This document shows, one piece after another, positions 9,111-18,428 of a DNA stretch of 64,000 nucleotides (position 1 is the stretch's first letter; each line of letters begins with the position of its first letter). The notes under the pieces were generated by a model, which was not told where the DNA came from, did not search any database, and worked only from the letters and a program-made list of their open reading frames with translations. The position numbers and the translations under genes were made by a program. The stretch is from an uncultured cyanobacterium (GTDB taxonomy: Bacteria; Cyanobacteriota; Cyanobacteriia; PCC-9006; JAAUQQ01), in contig OY970368.1 of assembly GCA_963718615.1 (NCBI GenBank), forward strand, positions 320,001 to 384,000, in the 5' to 3' direction.

Positions 9111-10067
9111 ATGACGATCTTAATCCTGATCCAGATTCTGGTTCCCCTACTCTTAATTGGGTGGTTGGCCTTTGTGCCGCCTCGCAATCTGTTGGGTATT
9201 GGGATTCAATCTCTAATGACGGCGATCGCCCTAGTTGCGATCGCCCGCATGGGCATTTGGGTCTTTCCGCCTTGGTGGACGCCCTACCTCTATGGGGTGC
9301 TATTTGTGCTGGCGTTGGGGCTGGGGTTTCTGAGGCAACAGCCCAAGCACCGGATGCCATTGATCTGGCCGGGGTGGGTGATGATTGTGGGCTTCGTCGC
9401 CTTTGGCGTGTATGCAGGCAATGAGGCGGTGCTCAGTTGGACAGGGCAGTTTCCTGCGGCTGCAACCGCTGTCGATCTTACCTTTCCGCTGCGGGGTGAC
9501 AATTTTCTGATCGTCAATGGCGGTAGCAATATTCGCATCAATGCTCACCTAAAAACCTTAGATGAGTCAGTACCGCGTTTTCGAGCCTATCGGGGCCAAA
9601 GTTACGGCACCGATATCATTCAGGTCAATCGGTGGGGGTTGCGATCGCGCGGCATCATGCCTAAGCAGCCTGCGGCGTACTTGATCTACGGCGCGCCGGT
9701 GTTCGCTCCCTGTGCAGGCCAGGTGGTGCAGGCGATCGATGGCTTCCCAGATATGACCATCCCCGAGAGTGACCTGGTCAACCGGGCTGGAAATCACATA
9801 ATTCTGCGCTGCGGCGAGGCCGAGGTCGTCCTGGCCCATTTTCGCCCCCAGAGTCTCGTGGTGCAATCGGGCATGGCTGTTGCCGTCGGGGACGCCATTG
9901 CCGAGGTCGGCAATTCTGGGGCCAGCGGCGAACCCCACCTTCATATTCACGCCCAGCGACCGGGCTCTTTAGCTATGCCCCTGTCAGGCGACCCATTGCC
10001 GGTGCGCTTCGATGGTCGTTTTCTCATTCGCAGCGATCGCGTGACTACGCCCACCTCCAGAGGCTGA
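9111..10067 (+). CDS. Membrane-anchored M23 family metallopeptidase
   Basis: N-terminal TM helices; GNHIIL..LAHF..VGNSGASGEPHLHIH. Confidence 0.9.
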   Translation: MTILILIQILVPLLLIGWLAFVPPRNLLGIGIQSLMTAIALVAIARMGIWVFPPWWTPYLYGVLFVLALGLGFLRQQPKHRMPLIWPGWVMIVGFVAFGVYAGNEAVLSWTGQFPAAATAVDLTFPLRGDNFLIVNGGSNIRINAHLKTLDESVPRFRAYRGQSYGTDIIQVNRWGLRSRGIMPKQPAAYLIYGAPVFAPCAGQVVQAIDGFPDMTIPESDLVNRAGNHIILRCGEAEVVLAHFRPQSLVVQSGMAVAVGDAIAEVGNSGASGEPHLHIHAQRPGSLAMPLSGDPLPVRFDGRFLIRSDRVTTPTSRG

Positions 10068-10191
10068 ACTATGACTGATGCACAGTTCGCCCACCTCAAA
10101 GAACTGGACAGAGATGTCTAGATCGCTCAGGCAATCGCCTGAGGCTGTGCTGGTTTGAGCGTATTCCATCCCGTTACTTAGGTTCTATATC

Positions 10192-10788
10192 GTGGCGTTT
10201 GTCGCATTTCTCTTTTTATTGGTTGGCCCTGCAATCGCCACAATCGCATTTTTTCGACGGCTTTCGATCCGTTGGCACTTGTTTTTGTTGAGCCTTTGCG
10301 TCGCCTATGGAATTTCTCCGTTTCTCTTGACTTGGGGCGCACTCGGCTTGGCTAGACGATTCGGTTGCTCGGCAGAGGCTGTCCGCTTTAGCTGTCCTTC
10401 CCCAGTTTGGCTGGGAGACGTTATTTCTGGGCTGGCGATGACGCACTGGCTGGCAATTTTGGCCATTCCATCGGCGATTTTAGGCATGATCGGGCTGCTG
10501 CTGTCTGGGATTTTACAGTATAAGCGCTCCCGAAATACAGGCGGCACTTCAGGCGAAACCCCCGCTGCTTTTTACCGGAGTCGCCGCCACAAAGTAATTG
10601 CAGGCGTCTGTTCAGCTCTCGCTCAGCGTTGGCATCAGTCCCTTTCAGGAATCCGGATTGTCACGGTTGTTTTAGCGATCGTCATCCCTGGATTTGTTTT
10701 TCTGTACTTGTGGTGTTGGTTGGCATTTCCAATCGAGCCGCGATCGCAACAACAACAATCCTATGTCAAAGAAGATAGTGAAAAATGA
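10192..10788 (+). CDS. Membrane protein with a C-terminal PspC domain
   Basis: FYRSRRHKVIAGVCSALA..IRIVTV..LYLWCWLAFP. Confidence 0.85.
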   Translation: MAFVAFLFLLVGPAIATIAFFRRLSIRWHLFLLSLCVAYGISPFLLTWGALGLARRFGCSAEAVRFSCPSPVWLGDVISGLAMTHWLAILAIPSAILGMIGLLLSGILQYKRSRNTGGTSGETPAAFYRSRRHKVIAGVCSALAQRWHQSLSGIRIVTVVLAIVIPGFVFLYLWCWLAFPIEPRSQQQQSYVKEDSEK

Positions 10789-11573
10789 GAAAACATCCTG
10801 TTGCTTGGTTCTATATCTTGGCTTTTGGGATCTCATGGGTTGGCCTGATTCCAGGAGTCCTCGGTTCGCGGGGGATAGCCCCATTTGATAGTCCCTTGGT
10901 CCAGTTCCTTGGCATCCTATTTTCCATTGGCCCCGCCCTTGCGGCTGTGATGATGTCCCAGGTGATGCGGGGTAAAACAGGTGTTCAGAATCTACTCAAG
11001 GGTTTGCTTAAATGGCGGGTTGGTCTAGTTTGGTATCTCGTCGCGGTGCTGGGGCCTATTGCTATTTTTGTTGCGGGACAATTCCTGACAAAATTAATGG
11101 GCTTGACCGGAGCATCCGCAGCAGTTCCCAGTCATCCATTTCTCTTTGTTACTGCCGTTTTAACGGTGATTCTCTCCAACACGAGTGAAGAAATTGGGTG
11201 GCGGGGGTTTGCGCTCCCACATTTGCAGAAACGACATAATGCCCTGTCCGCCACCCTGATTGTGGGACTTTTGTGGAGTTTATGGCACTTGCCGCTGGTC
11301 TTTTTGACGGGCAGCCCAATGGCTCAGTCACCTTTAATCTGGTTTACTAGCATCGTTGCAAGTTCTTTTATCTACACCTGGCTTTACAATCGCACCCAAG
11401 GCAGTATTTTTCTCGTGGCACTTTTTCATAGTTCGCTGAACATCTTTGGAGCATTTATCCCTGGAATATCCCCTATCGCATACGCTCTTGTGAATTGTGT
11501 GGTGGCCATCATCCTAATCGCAGTGTTTGGAAAAGTGAATCTCTCCTATCAAAAACGGGTTTATGAATTCTAA
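10785..11573 (+). CDS. CPBP (CAAX/Abi) family intramembrane metalloprotease
   Basis: EEIGWRGF, WSLWHLP, LFHSSLN motifs. Confidence 0.93.
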   Translation: MRKHPVAWFYILAFGISWVGLIPGVLGSRGIAPFDSPLVQFLGILFSIGPALAAVMMSQVMRGKTGVQNLLKGLLKWRVGLVWYLVAVLGPIAIFVAGQFLTKLMGLTGASAAVPSHPFLFVTAVLTVILSNTSEEIGWRGFALPHLQKRHNALSATLIVGLLWSLWHLPLVFLTGSPMAQSPLIWFTSIVASSFIYTWLYNRTQGSIFLVALFHSSLNIFGAFIPGISPIAYALVNCVVAIILIAVFGKVNLSYQKRVYEF

Positions 11574-11584
11574 TAATTGGGACT

Positions 11585-12400
11585 ATGGCACAACACAGTA
11601 AATCCAGCTTTTATCCGCGCCTGTTGGCATTCTTTGCCTTAGCGTTTGCTTGGTCATGGGCCTGCTGGCTGCTGGCTTTGGTGGTCAGACCTCGGTGGCC
11701 CACCATCGGGAGCATGTTGATGATCGCAGGGAGTTTTGGCCCTGGTATCGCGGCGATCGCAATGGTGAGGTACAACGATGGCCAGGACGGGCTGCGTCGT
11801 TGGCTCAGGCGATCGCTGCAATGGCGGGTTGGTTGGCCTTGGCTGGCGCTCTCATTTTTCTTGCCCCTGGCCGTCATGGGGCTGGCTGCCGCTGGGCACA
11901 TCGCCTTGGGCGGCACGATCGCCCCGTCTCCCGCATCCGGGCATCTGCTCTTAGCCTTGGCAAATTTTGGGCTGGTGCTGCTGCTGGGTGGCCCCCTGGG
12001 CGAGGAATTTGGCTGGCGGGGCTATGCCTTGCCTGTTTTGCAAGAGCGCTATAGCTGGCGCGGGGCTAGCCTGGTCTTGGGCCTGGTCTGGGGCGCATGG
12101 CACCTGCCACTGTTTTATCTGGCCGACACAGCACAAAGTTACATTCCGGTTAGGCTATTTATGGTGAGCACGGTGGCCCTATCGGTGCTGTTTGCATGGT
12201 TATTCAACCATACCAAAGGCAGCGTCCTGCCCGCCCTCGTGCTGCATACTGCGGTTAATGCTTGGGGGTGGGTCATACCAGTTATGGTGATGCCGGATGG
12301 GAGCAATCTACGACCCTATGGGCTGGCAGTGGGACTGCTTGTGGTGATCGCTCTAGGTCTATTGTGCGATGCGGCACCCGACCCACCCCTGCGATACTGA
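11585..12400 (+). CDS. CPBP (CAAX/Abi) family intramembrane metalloprotease
   Basis: GEEFGWRGY, WGAWHLP, LHTAVN motifs. Confidence 0.93.
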   Translation: MAQHSKSSFYPRLLAFFALAFAWSWACWLLALVVRPRWPTIGSMLMIAGSFGPGIAAIAMVRYNDGQDGLRRWLRRSLQWRVGWPWLALSFFLPLAVMGLAAAGHIALGGTIAPSPASGHLLLALANFGLVLLLGGPLGEEFGWRGYALPVLQERYSWRGASLVLGLVWGAWHLPLFYLADTAQSYIPVRLFMVSTVALSVLFAWLFNHTKGSVLPALVLHTAVNAWGWVIPVMVMPDGSNLRPYGLAVGLLVVIALGLLCDAAPDPPLRY

Positions 12401-12560
12401 TAGACAGCACCAATTTGGGGTTCCTCACCCTATGCTTGACGGCCCAGTCTTCGATGGCGATCGCTTGCTTCTCACGCACCAATCGCATCGTCAGCTTGTG
12501 AAGAAAATCTTTTTTCCCGTTGGCAATCTCTTTATGGATTCGGGCGACTTTCAACCGCAC
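12385..12560 (-). pseudogene. tnpB: IS200/IS605 tnpB remnant
   Basis: RLKVARIHKEIANGKKDFLHKLTMRLVREKQAIAIED..VRNPKLVLSISIAGVG, a degenerate TnpB RuvC-II region. Confidence 0.8.
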
Positions 12561-12921
12561 GGTGAGTGTCGGGAGGATGTCACCATGCGCTGCATGGTCG
12601 AAACCCATCTCGCAGGAGACTAGCCCTTTACGGTGACCCATCATGCCTCGACTTCGCGCTAGCTTGTTGAACAAACAACTAAGAGGCTAACCACTGGAAC
12701 GATTAGCCCCTTAGGCCATTGAGAGCATCAAGAGAGCTGGCGATTTCCCCCCTGAAGGGTTCCTGCAAAGCCCTGCAAATGCCCGCTGATGTCAGCCGTC
12801 AGCCCCCTCTGACGGAAGAGGGGAATGTCACAGATTGCAACAAAACCGAGTCCTTTGTCAGCAACACGGCTACAGCATCGCCCTAATCCCCAATAATAAG
12901 GGGTTGTTGCGTCGTCAATGC

Positions 12922-13905
12922 ATGGACAGCAGCCTAATTGTCTTTAACATTCTCAACCCGCCCGTTTTGTTCTTTTTCCTCGGGATGCTGGCGGTGTTTC
13001 TCAAATCGGATCTGGAAATTCCAGCGCCGCTGCCCAAGCTATTCTCGTTGTATCTGCTATTAGCCATTGGGTTTAAAGGGGGCTACGAGCTTCAGCACAA
13101 TGGCTTTAATACCCAAGTAGGGATCACCTTGGCCGCCGCTGTCATTATGGCTGCGGTCGTTCCCCTCTACAGCTTCTTTGTGCTACGGCTCAAGCTGGAT
13201 GTGTTTAATGCAGCGGCGATCGCCGCCACCTACGGCTCGATCAGCGCGGTCACGTTCATCACTGCCGGTTCATTTCTCGACAAACTCGGCATTGAGTTTG
13301 GGGGACATATGGTCGCTGCCCTGGCCCTGATGGAATCCCCTGCCATTATCGTTGGTTTGATCCTGGTCCGGGTCTTTGCCCGACGAGGTGAAGGCCATGA
13401 AAGCGAAGATGTGCCTTGGTCAGAGGTCCTACGGGAGTCCTTTCTCAATGGATCGGTTTTCCTGCTCATTGGAAGTTTACTCGTCGGACTCCTCTCGGGC
13501 GATAAGGGGTGGGACAAAATGCGGCCCTTCACGGAAGAAATCTTTTATGGAGCCCTGACCTTTTTTCTTCTGGACATGGGCATCGTGGCCGCCCGTCGCA
13601 TCCGCGACCTACAGCGCAGCGGCTTGTTCCTTACCGCTTTTTCCGTCCTCATGCCCCTATTCAATGCCTTTGTCGGGGCGCTGTTGGCCAAACTGCTGGG
13701 CTTTTCCCTCGGCAACGGATTACTGTTTACTGTGCTTTGCGCTAGTGCGTCTTACATTGCCGTGCCAGCGGCCATGCGCATGACCGTGCCGGAGGCCAAT
13801 CCAAGTATTTATGTGTCAATGGCGCTCGCATTGACCTTCCCGTTCAATATTATTTTGGGTATTCCCATTTATCTACAGGCGCTGAAATTACTGGGTCTCC
13901 AATAA
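12922..13905 (+). CDS. sbtA: Sodium-dependent bicarbonate transporter SbtA (short, SbtA2-like)
   Basis: PPVLFFFLG..KSDLEIP..IGFKGG, YGSISAVTF, MESPAI, SASYIAVPAA, TFPFNI. Confidence 0.92.
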   Translation: MDSSLIVFNILNPPVLFFFLGMLAVFLKSDLEIPAPLPKLFSLYLLLAIGFKGGYELQHNGFNTQVGITLAAAVIMAAVVPLYSFFVLRLKLDVFNAAAIAATYGSISAVTFITAGSFLDKLGIEFGGHMVAALALMESPAIIVGLILVRVFARRGEGHESEDVPWSEVLRESFLNGSVFLLIGSLLVGLLSGDKGWDKMRPFTEEIFYGALTFFLLDMGIVAARRIRDLQRSGLFLTAFSVLMPLFNAFVGALLAKLLGFSLGNGLLFTVLCASASYIAVPAAMRMTVPEANPSIYVSMALALTFPFNIILGIPIYLQALKLLGLQ

Positions 13906-13950
13906 CTTCATCCCTATTCCCTTGCCAGTCCTACGAGACGACTTTTTATC

Positions 13951-14235
13951 ATGCAGCCGATTAAGCGCATCGAAATCATTGTCAACGAGCTGGAAGTTTC
14001 AAGTGTTCTGAAAGTTCTGAACAAAAATCAGATTTCAGGCTACACCATTCTCAGTAATGCTACGGGTAAAGGTTTCCATGGCACGTCGGGGGATGACCTG
14101 CTCACCAACAGCTACATCCTGGCGGCCTGTACCGATGAGGCGATCGCCCAAAGCGTCGTCGAAGGTCTGAGGCCCTTGCTCTCCCGCATGGGCGGGATTT
14201 GCATGATCAGCGATGCCCTCTGGCTGAAGCATTAG
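13951..14235 (+). CDS. sbtB: PII-like protein SbtB
   Basis: KRIEII..SGYTIL..ATGKG..GGICMISDA, directly downstream of sbtA. Confidence 0.85.
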   Translation: MQPIKRIEIIVNELEVSSVLKVLNKNQISGYTILSNATGKGFHGTSGDDLLTNSYILAACTDEAIAQSVVEGLRPLLSRMGGICMISDALWLKH

Positions 14236-14293
14236 AGTCTTTCTAGACAGCAGCGCTAGAGGCAAATCTAGAGGTAGCGACTAGCGTCCCGAC

Positions 14294-15064
14294 TCAAAAC
14301 CGCCAATAGCGACAGCGGATGGGATCGCCCTGGGGAACCACCAGTGCTGCAAGGGTCTCCGCCGATGGCGTCAGCTCAAGCAACTGCCAAGGGAGGGACC
14401 CCGTCCAAGTCCCACTAGCGGAATAGCCGGGAAGTTCCGTAAAATGAGCTTGGGTGTCAAAGTTAACAACGACTCGCTGGAGCTGGGTAACCAGTCCCTC
14501 CCCCGTCGCTTTCACATAGGCTTCCTTGCAGACCCAGTGGCGCAGGAAAGCCAGGGATCGCGTTGGATCATCAAGAGTCTGTAAAACTTCAAATTCTTTT
14601 GCGGAAAAGAATCGTTGGGCTAGAGAAGAGGCACTAGGAAAGGGTTGCACCTGTTCGAGATCGACTCCCAGGGGCTGTTCACCCAGCGCAATCAGGGCAT
14701 AGCGATCGCTATGGCTAAGGTTGAACTGAAGCGTCAAGGGGTCAGAATCGGCAAGGGCAGGTTTGCCGCGATCGCCATAGCAAAACCGCAGGCTCGCAGG
14801 GTGCTGCTGCAAATACCGTCCTAACACCTGCCGCAAGCGCGCGTGAGCCATCACAAAGCGGTTTTTCAGGTGCGGGAAGCGAAATCGTTGGGCTCGGCCT
14901 TGTTCCTGCTCATCGAGCAGCCCAAAGGCCGAATCGATCGTCTCGTCCTGACCTAGTTGATCTAGGTCTGTAAACCAAAGGTGTATCTCTCCAGAGAAAA
15001 GCTTCAGCTCAGGGACCGCAGGGTGCCACTGAACCGTCGCTGGGCGATTCATCCAATCGATCAC
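14294..15064 (-). CDS. Sfp/HetI-type 4'-phosphopantetheinyl transferase
   Basis: GKP..FNLSHS..LGVDLE..WVCKEAYVKATGEG. Confidence 0.93.
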   Translation of the reverse strand: MIDWMNRPATVQWHPAVPELKLFSGEIHLWFTDLDQLGQDETIDSAFGLLDEQEQGRAQRFRFPHLKNRFVMAHARLRQVLGRYLQQHPASLRFCYGDRGKPALADSDPLTLQFNLSHSDRYALIALGEQPLGVDLEQVQPFPSASSLAQRFFSAKEFEVLQTLDDPTRSLAFLRHWVCKEAYVKATGEGLVTQLQRVVVNFDTQAHFTELPGYSASGTWTGSLPWQLLELTPSAETLAALVVPQGDPIRCRYWRF

Positions 15065-15102
15065 AGCTTCAATCCTTCAATCTGCTGTACTTCATCCCAC
15101 GC

Positions 15103-15540
15103 ATGGACAGTCCCTTTTTGTACGACCAATCCACCCCTGAGCGGGGACATCTCATCATTCCCTTTCAGTATGTACATGTAAGCGGTTATCCCGTTTTTTC
15201 CTACGGATTGCTCTCCGAACTTGGCCATCGAGGCCCACTCCATCGGTCGATTAATCCGGCTCAACTCTATAGCAGCTCGGTGGAGGGGATTGTGGCGATC
15301 GCCCGTGAACATTTGGCCCAAGCCGATGTCCAGAGCCGGTCCTCCTTCGATGTCTTCCAAAATCGCTATGTTTATCAAGGGCATTTGCTGATTGTTGGAG
15401 AAATACGCGGGAAGTTCTTTTATGACCATTACCCTCCCTACGTCCTTCGCAATATTGCCGCGCCTAAGCTCTTTGCAACTGAGCAAGAATGCTTAAGCTG
15501 GATCAAATTGGGATTACAACAGCGACCGGCCCACCCCTAA
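15103..15540 (+). CDS. Conserved cyanobacterial hypothetical protein
   Basis: 145-aa ORF with internally similar GHLII/GHLLI segments; preferred over the antisense ORF. Confidence 0.7.
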   Translation: MDSPFLYDQSTPERGHLIIPFQYVHVSGYPVFSYGLLSELGHRGPLHRSINPAQLYSSSVEGIVAIAREHLAQADVQSRSSFDVFQNRYVYQGHLLIVGEIRGKFFYDHYPPYVLRNIAAPKLFATEQECLSWIKLGLQQRPAHP

Positions 15541-15707
15541 GGTTGTCAGTGAGTGGAGTCACAGGAAAGCACCTTTAGCCCAGCTTTGAAAGCATTCTTA
15601 ACCCTTCACAGGGCTTGGGCCAAATCCATGTTGACGGATTTATGGCGTTCACTCTACGGTGAAAGCAATTTAAGACCAATCCGGGTAATCTCCTTCTTGC
15701 TTGTTTT

Positions 15708-16169
15708 ATGAGTTTACAACCTGGGGATCCAGCTCCCGATTTCAGCTTGCCCGACGCGGAAGGACGTCTCGTTCGGTTGGCCGATCTAAAGGGCCAGCGC
15801 GTCGTCTTGTATTTCTATCCCAGAGACAACACGCCGGGTTGCACCCAAGAAGCCTGCGGATTCCGTGATATTTATCCGGCTTTGCAGGGGAATGCTGTGG
15901 TCGTGCTGGGCATCAGTACCGATGACGCAAAATCTCACGGGAAGTTCGCAGCAAAGCATAACTTGCCCTTTCCTCTACTTTGCGATACCGATGCCGCAGT
16001 GGCAACCGCCTACGGCAGCTACGGGCTCAAAAAGTTTATGGGCAAGGAATTCATGGGCGTCTTTCGACAAACCTTTGTGATTGGGCCGGATGGCACAGTT
16101 GAAAAGATTTATCGCAAAGTAAAGCCCGCCGAGCATCCTGCCCAGATACTAGAGGACTTGGAGGTATAG
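15708..16169 (+). CDS. bcp: Thioredoxin-dependent thiol peroxidase (PrxQ/Bcp)
   Basis: YFYPRDNTPGCTQEAC. Confidence 0.95.
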   Translation: MSLQPGDPAPDFSLPDAEGRLVRLADLKGQRVVLYFYPRDNTPGCTQEACGFRDIYPALQGNAVVVLGISTDDAKSHGKFAAKHNLPFPLLCDTDAAVATAYGSYGLKKFMGKEFMGVFRQTFVIGPDGTVEKIYRKVKPAEHPAQILEDLEV

Positions 16170-16205
16170 ACGCTGAATTTTCTAGATCCCCGGCAATGGT
16201 TCCGT

Positions 16206-16643
16206 GTGGTAAGTACGGTTCTCGGCTTACTGTTTCGCCGTCCCCTGGTCGGTACGAGTGTAATTCCCCTTTTGGAGGATGGGCGCATCGTCCTGGTCAA
16301 GCGTCGAGATGACGGTTCGTGGGGATTGCCCGGAGGCCTCATTGATTGGGGAGAAGATTTAGCGACCGCAGTCCGACGGGAGCTGAAGGAGGAGACGGGG
16401 CTCGATATCCGTGAACTCGGTCGTTTGGTGGGGGTTTATTCGTCCCCAGATCGAGATCCTCGGGTTCATTCGATTTGTATTGCGGTCGAAGCACGGGTCT
16501 CAGGAACGTTTCACATTGAAGACGGTCTTGAAATTGAGGCGGTTCAAGCCTTTGAGCCTGATGCGATCGCCCTAGATGAGCTCGCTCATGATCACAAGCA
16601 TCAACTAAAAGACTACTTTTCGGGTCTCACCGCATTGTCTTGA
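16206..16643 (+). CDS. NUDIX hydrolase
   Basis: Nudix box GGLIDWGEDLATAVRRELKEETGL. Confidence 0.92.
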   Translation: MVSTVLGLLFRRPLVGTSVIPLLEDGRIVLVKRRDDGSWGLPGGLIDWGEDLATAVRRELKEETGLDIRELGRLVGVYSSPDRDPRVHSICIAVEARVSGTFHIEDGLEIEAVQAFEPDAIALDELAHDHKHQLKDYFSGLTALS

Positions 16644-16749
16644 TGCGCGACAGATGCAGTAGACATAGTAGGTGCAGCAGACGCAGTAGACGCAGAGGCG
16701 GTTTAGGGTTAATCATTCGTTCAGTGTTGGTATGGGGTGAGGGTAGCTC

Positions 16750-17703
16750 ATGACAAAGACGGCATATCGGTCTCGACTGGCGATCGAAGAGGGTCGAATT
16801 TATTGGCGTGAAGTTGGTCAAGGACCTGCCTTAGTGCTGCTGCATGGCGGTTGGGGCGATGGCAGACAGTGGCAGCCTTTGGTAGAGGAACTGTCACGCT
16901 CCTATCGCTGTTTTATTCCCGATTTGCCTGGGTTTGGAGACTCGACGCTGTGGGCGGATCAGCCGCTGGCGGTGACAACCTTGGTGGATGCGATCGCCCA
17001 CTACCTCCAAGCCCTTAATCTCAAGCGGGTTTCCCTGGTGGGCTATGGCATTGGCGGCTGGGTAGCGGCGGGCTATGCCTTGCGCTTTCCCTACGCGGTC
17101 CATCGCCTCCTGTTGGTGGAACCGGAGGGGGTGAGCAGCCCCGATCAGGCTTGGCTGAGCCGCTGGGGGAAACGACTAAGTGTTCAGACCTCGTTTTGGG
17201 CCGGTCTGTTTGAGACGATCGCGCCCCTGGGGGAACTGCCGGGTCCGACCCAGCGGATCAAAACGCTGCTCAATTTGCGCAAACAAATTATGTCTTGCCC
17301 TATTTCGGGCACATTGCTCTATGCCCGTGACCTCAAGGCCATTCAGCAAGATCTGCTCGATCGGGAGTTGCCCCGATTATTGGTCCCAGCGTTGATTTTG
17401 GAACGGGAGAATGCCAGTCCTCGCACCAAAATTTTGGCGGAGCGGTTTGCGGCGCTTTGTCATGAGGCGGTGGTGGCGTTGCTGCCGGAGTCGAGCGATC
17501 GCGCCCAGGCCGATCTCTTGGTTCGCCAGATCCATAGCTTTATTGAATCGGAAACGGTTTACCGGGATCCCGTCATGACGACGAAACGTTCGACTCAGCC
17601 GGTGGCCCCAAAACCCCTAGCCCCCAGAACCCGAGCGTTGCAGCAAGTTCTATCGGCGGCTCCAGCGCTGCTGCGAGCAGTGCCCCAGCTCCCCCAGTCA
17701 TGA
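16750..17703 (+). CDS. Alpha/beta fold hydrolase
   Basis: LLHGGWG, PDLPGFGDS. The nucleophile elbow reads GYGIGG, without Ser. Confidence 0.85.
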   Translation: MTKTAYRSRLAIEEGRIYWREVGQGPALVLLHGGWGDGRQWQPLVEELSRSYRCFIPDLPGFGDSTLWADQPLAVTTLVDAIAHYLQALNLKRVSLVGYGIGGWVAAGYALRFPYAVHRLLLVEPEGVSSPDQAWLSRWGKRLSVQTSFWAGLFETIAPLGELPGPTQRIKTLLNLRKQIMSCPISGTLLYARDLKAIQQDLLDRELPRLLVPALILERENASPRTKILAERFAALCHEAVVALLPESSDRAQADLLVRQIHSFIESETVYRDPVMTTKRSTQPVAPKPLAPRTRALQQVLSAAPALLRAVPQLPQS

Positions 17704-18400
17704 GAATGGTGCTGGTGGGGTAGTGCGATCGCCAGTCGGCAATATAGTCTCGCAGACTACTGATGAGACTGTGGAGAATACCGCTGGCGATCGCCTCTTC
17801 CGTGGTTCTAGCCCAGCGTTCTGGCCAAGCAGGCTGAGCAGACGGCTGGATAGGATTTCGCTGTAACTGACCAGCCTGTAATCGAGGGAGAGCAGCGGTT
17901 CCTTGACCCAAGCTATCAAATTGAAGCTGTACTCCGGGCAGAATGGCTCCACCGACTAAATTGCCTTGGTCATCGGCTCCCGTAATCGTCAATGCAGTGC
18001 CTGCATCAATCACGAGGACGGGCCAGTGATAACGATGGCCAGCGCCCCATAGGGCCAAGGCCCGATCAATGCCGAAGGTGGCATAGAGATTACCCAGGGG
18101 AATGTCAGCCAGCGTAATTTCCTGGGCTTGGGGATAGACACGGCGAAGGAACTGAGTTTGGGCAGGAACAACAGAGGCAAAGCGAAGGGGATGGTCAATG
18201 TAGACGTCCGTTTCAGCTTCTGCCCTATGGTCTGTATCCCAGGTTTCAACCAACTCGGTTCCTACAAACCGACCCCAGTGCAAGCGGGAGTTGCCGACGA
18301 TCAGACCGATCCAGGGGCGATTGGGGTTGAGGATAGAAGCATCGGCATGGCTGCGATCTTTGCTCATAGGTTGTAAAAGAGAGCCAGCCATCCTATTCAA
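17573..18400 (-). CDS. coaX: Type III pantothenate kinase
   Basis: VGNSRLHW, FGIDRA, VIDAGTALT, GGAILPG, TGG. Confidence 0.92.
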   Translation of the reverse strand: MNRMAGSLLQPMSKDRSHADASILNPNRPWIGLIVGNSRLHWGRFVGTELVETWDTDHRAEAETDVYIDHPLRFASVVPAQTQFLRRVYPQAQEITLADIPLGNLYATFGIDRALALWGAGHRYHWPVLVIDAGTALTITGADDQGNLVGGAILPGVQLQFDSLGQGTAALPRLQAGQLQRNPIQPSAQPAWPERWARTTEEAIASGILHSLISSLRDYIADWRSHYPTSTILMTGGAGALLAAALEPPIELAATLGFWGLGVLGPPAESNVSSS

Positions 18401-18428
18401 GTTGAAAACTGAACAAACGGCACCTCTT

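Noticed and set aside
7498-12400. Integron cassette array
   Set aside because: No integrase, no paired RYYYAAC/GTTRRRY attC structures, and several genes overlap directly.
15061-15486. 141-aa antisense ORF and other shadow ORFs inside core genes
   Set aside because: They overlap better-supported genes and carry no recognisable motifs.
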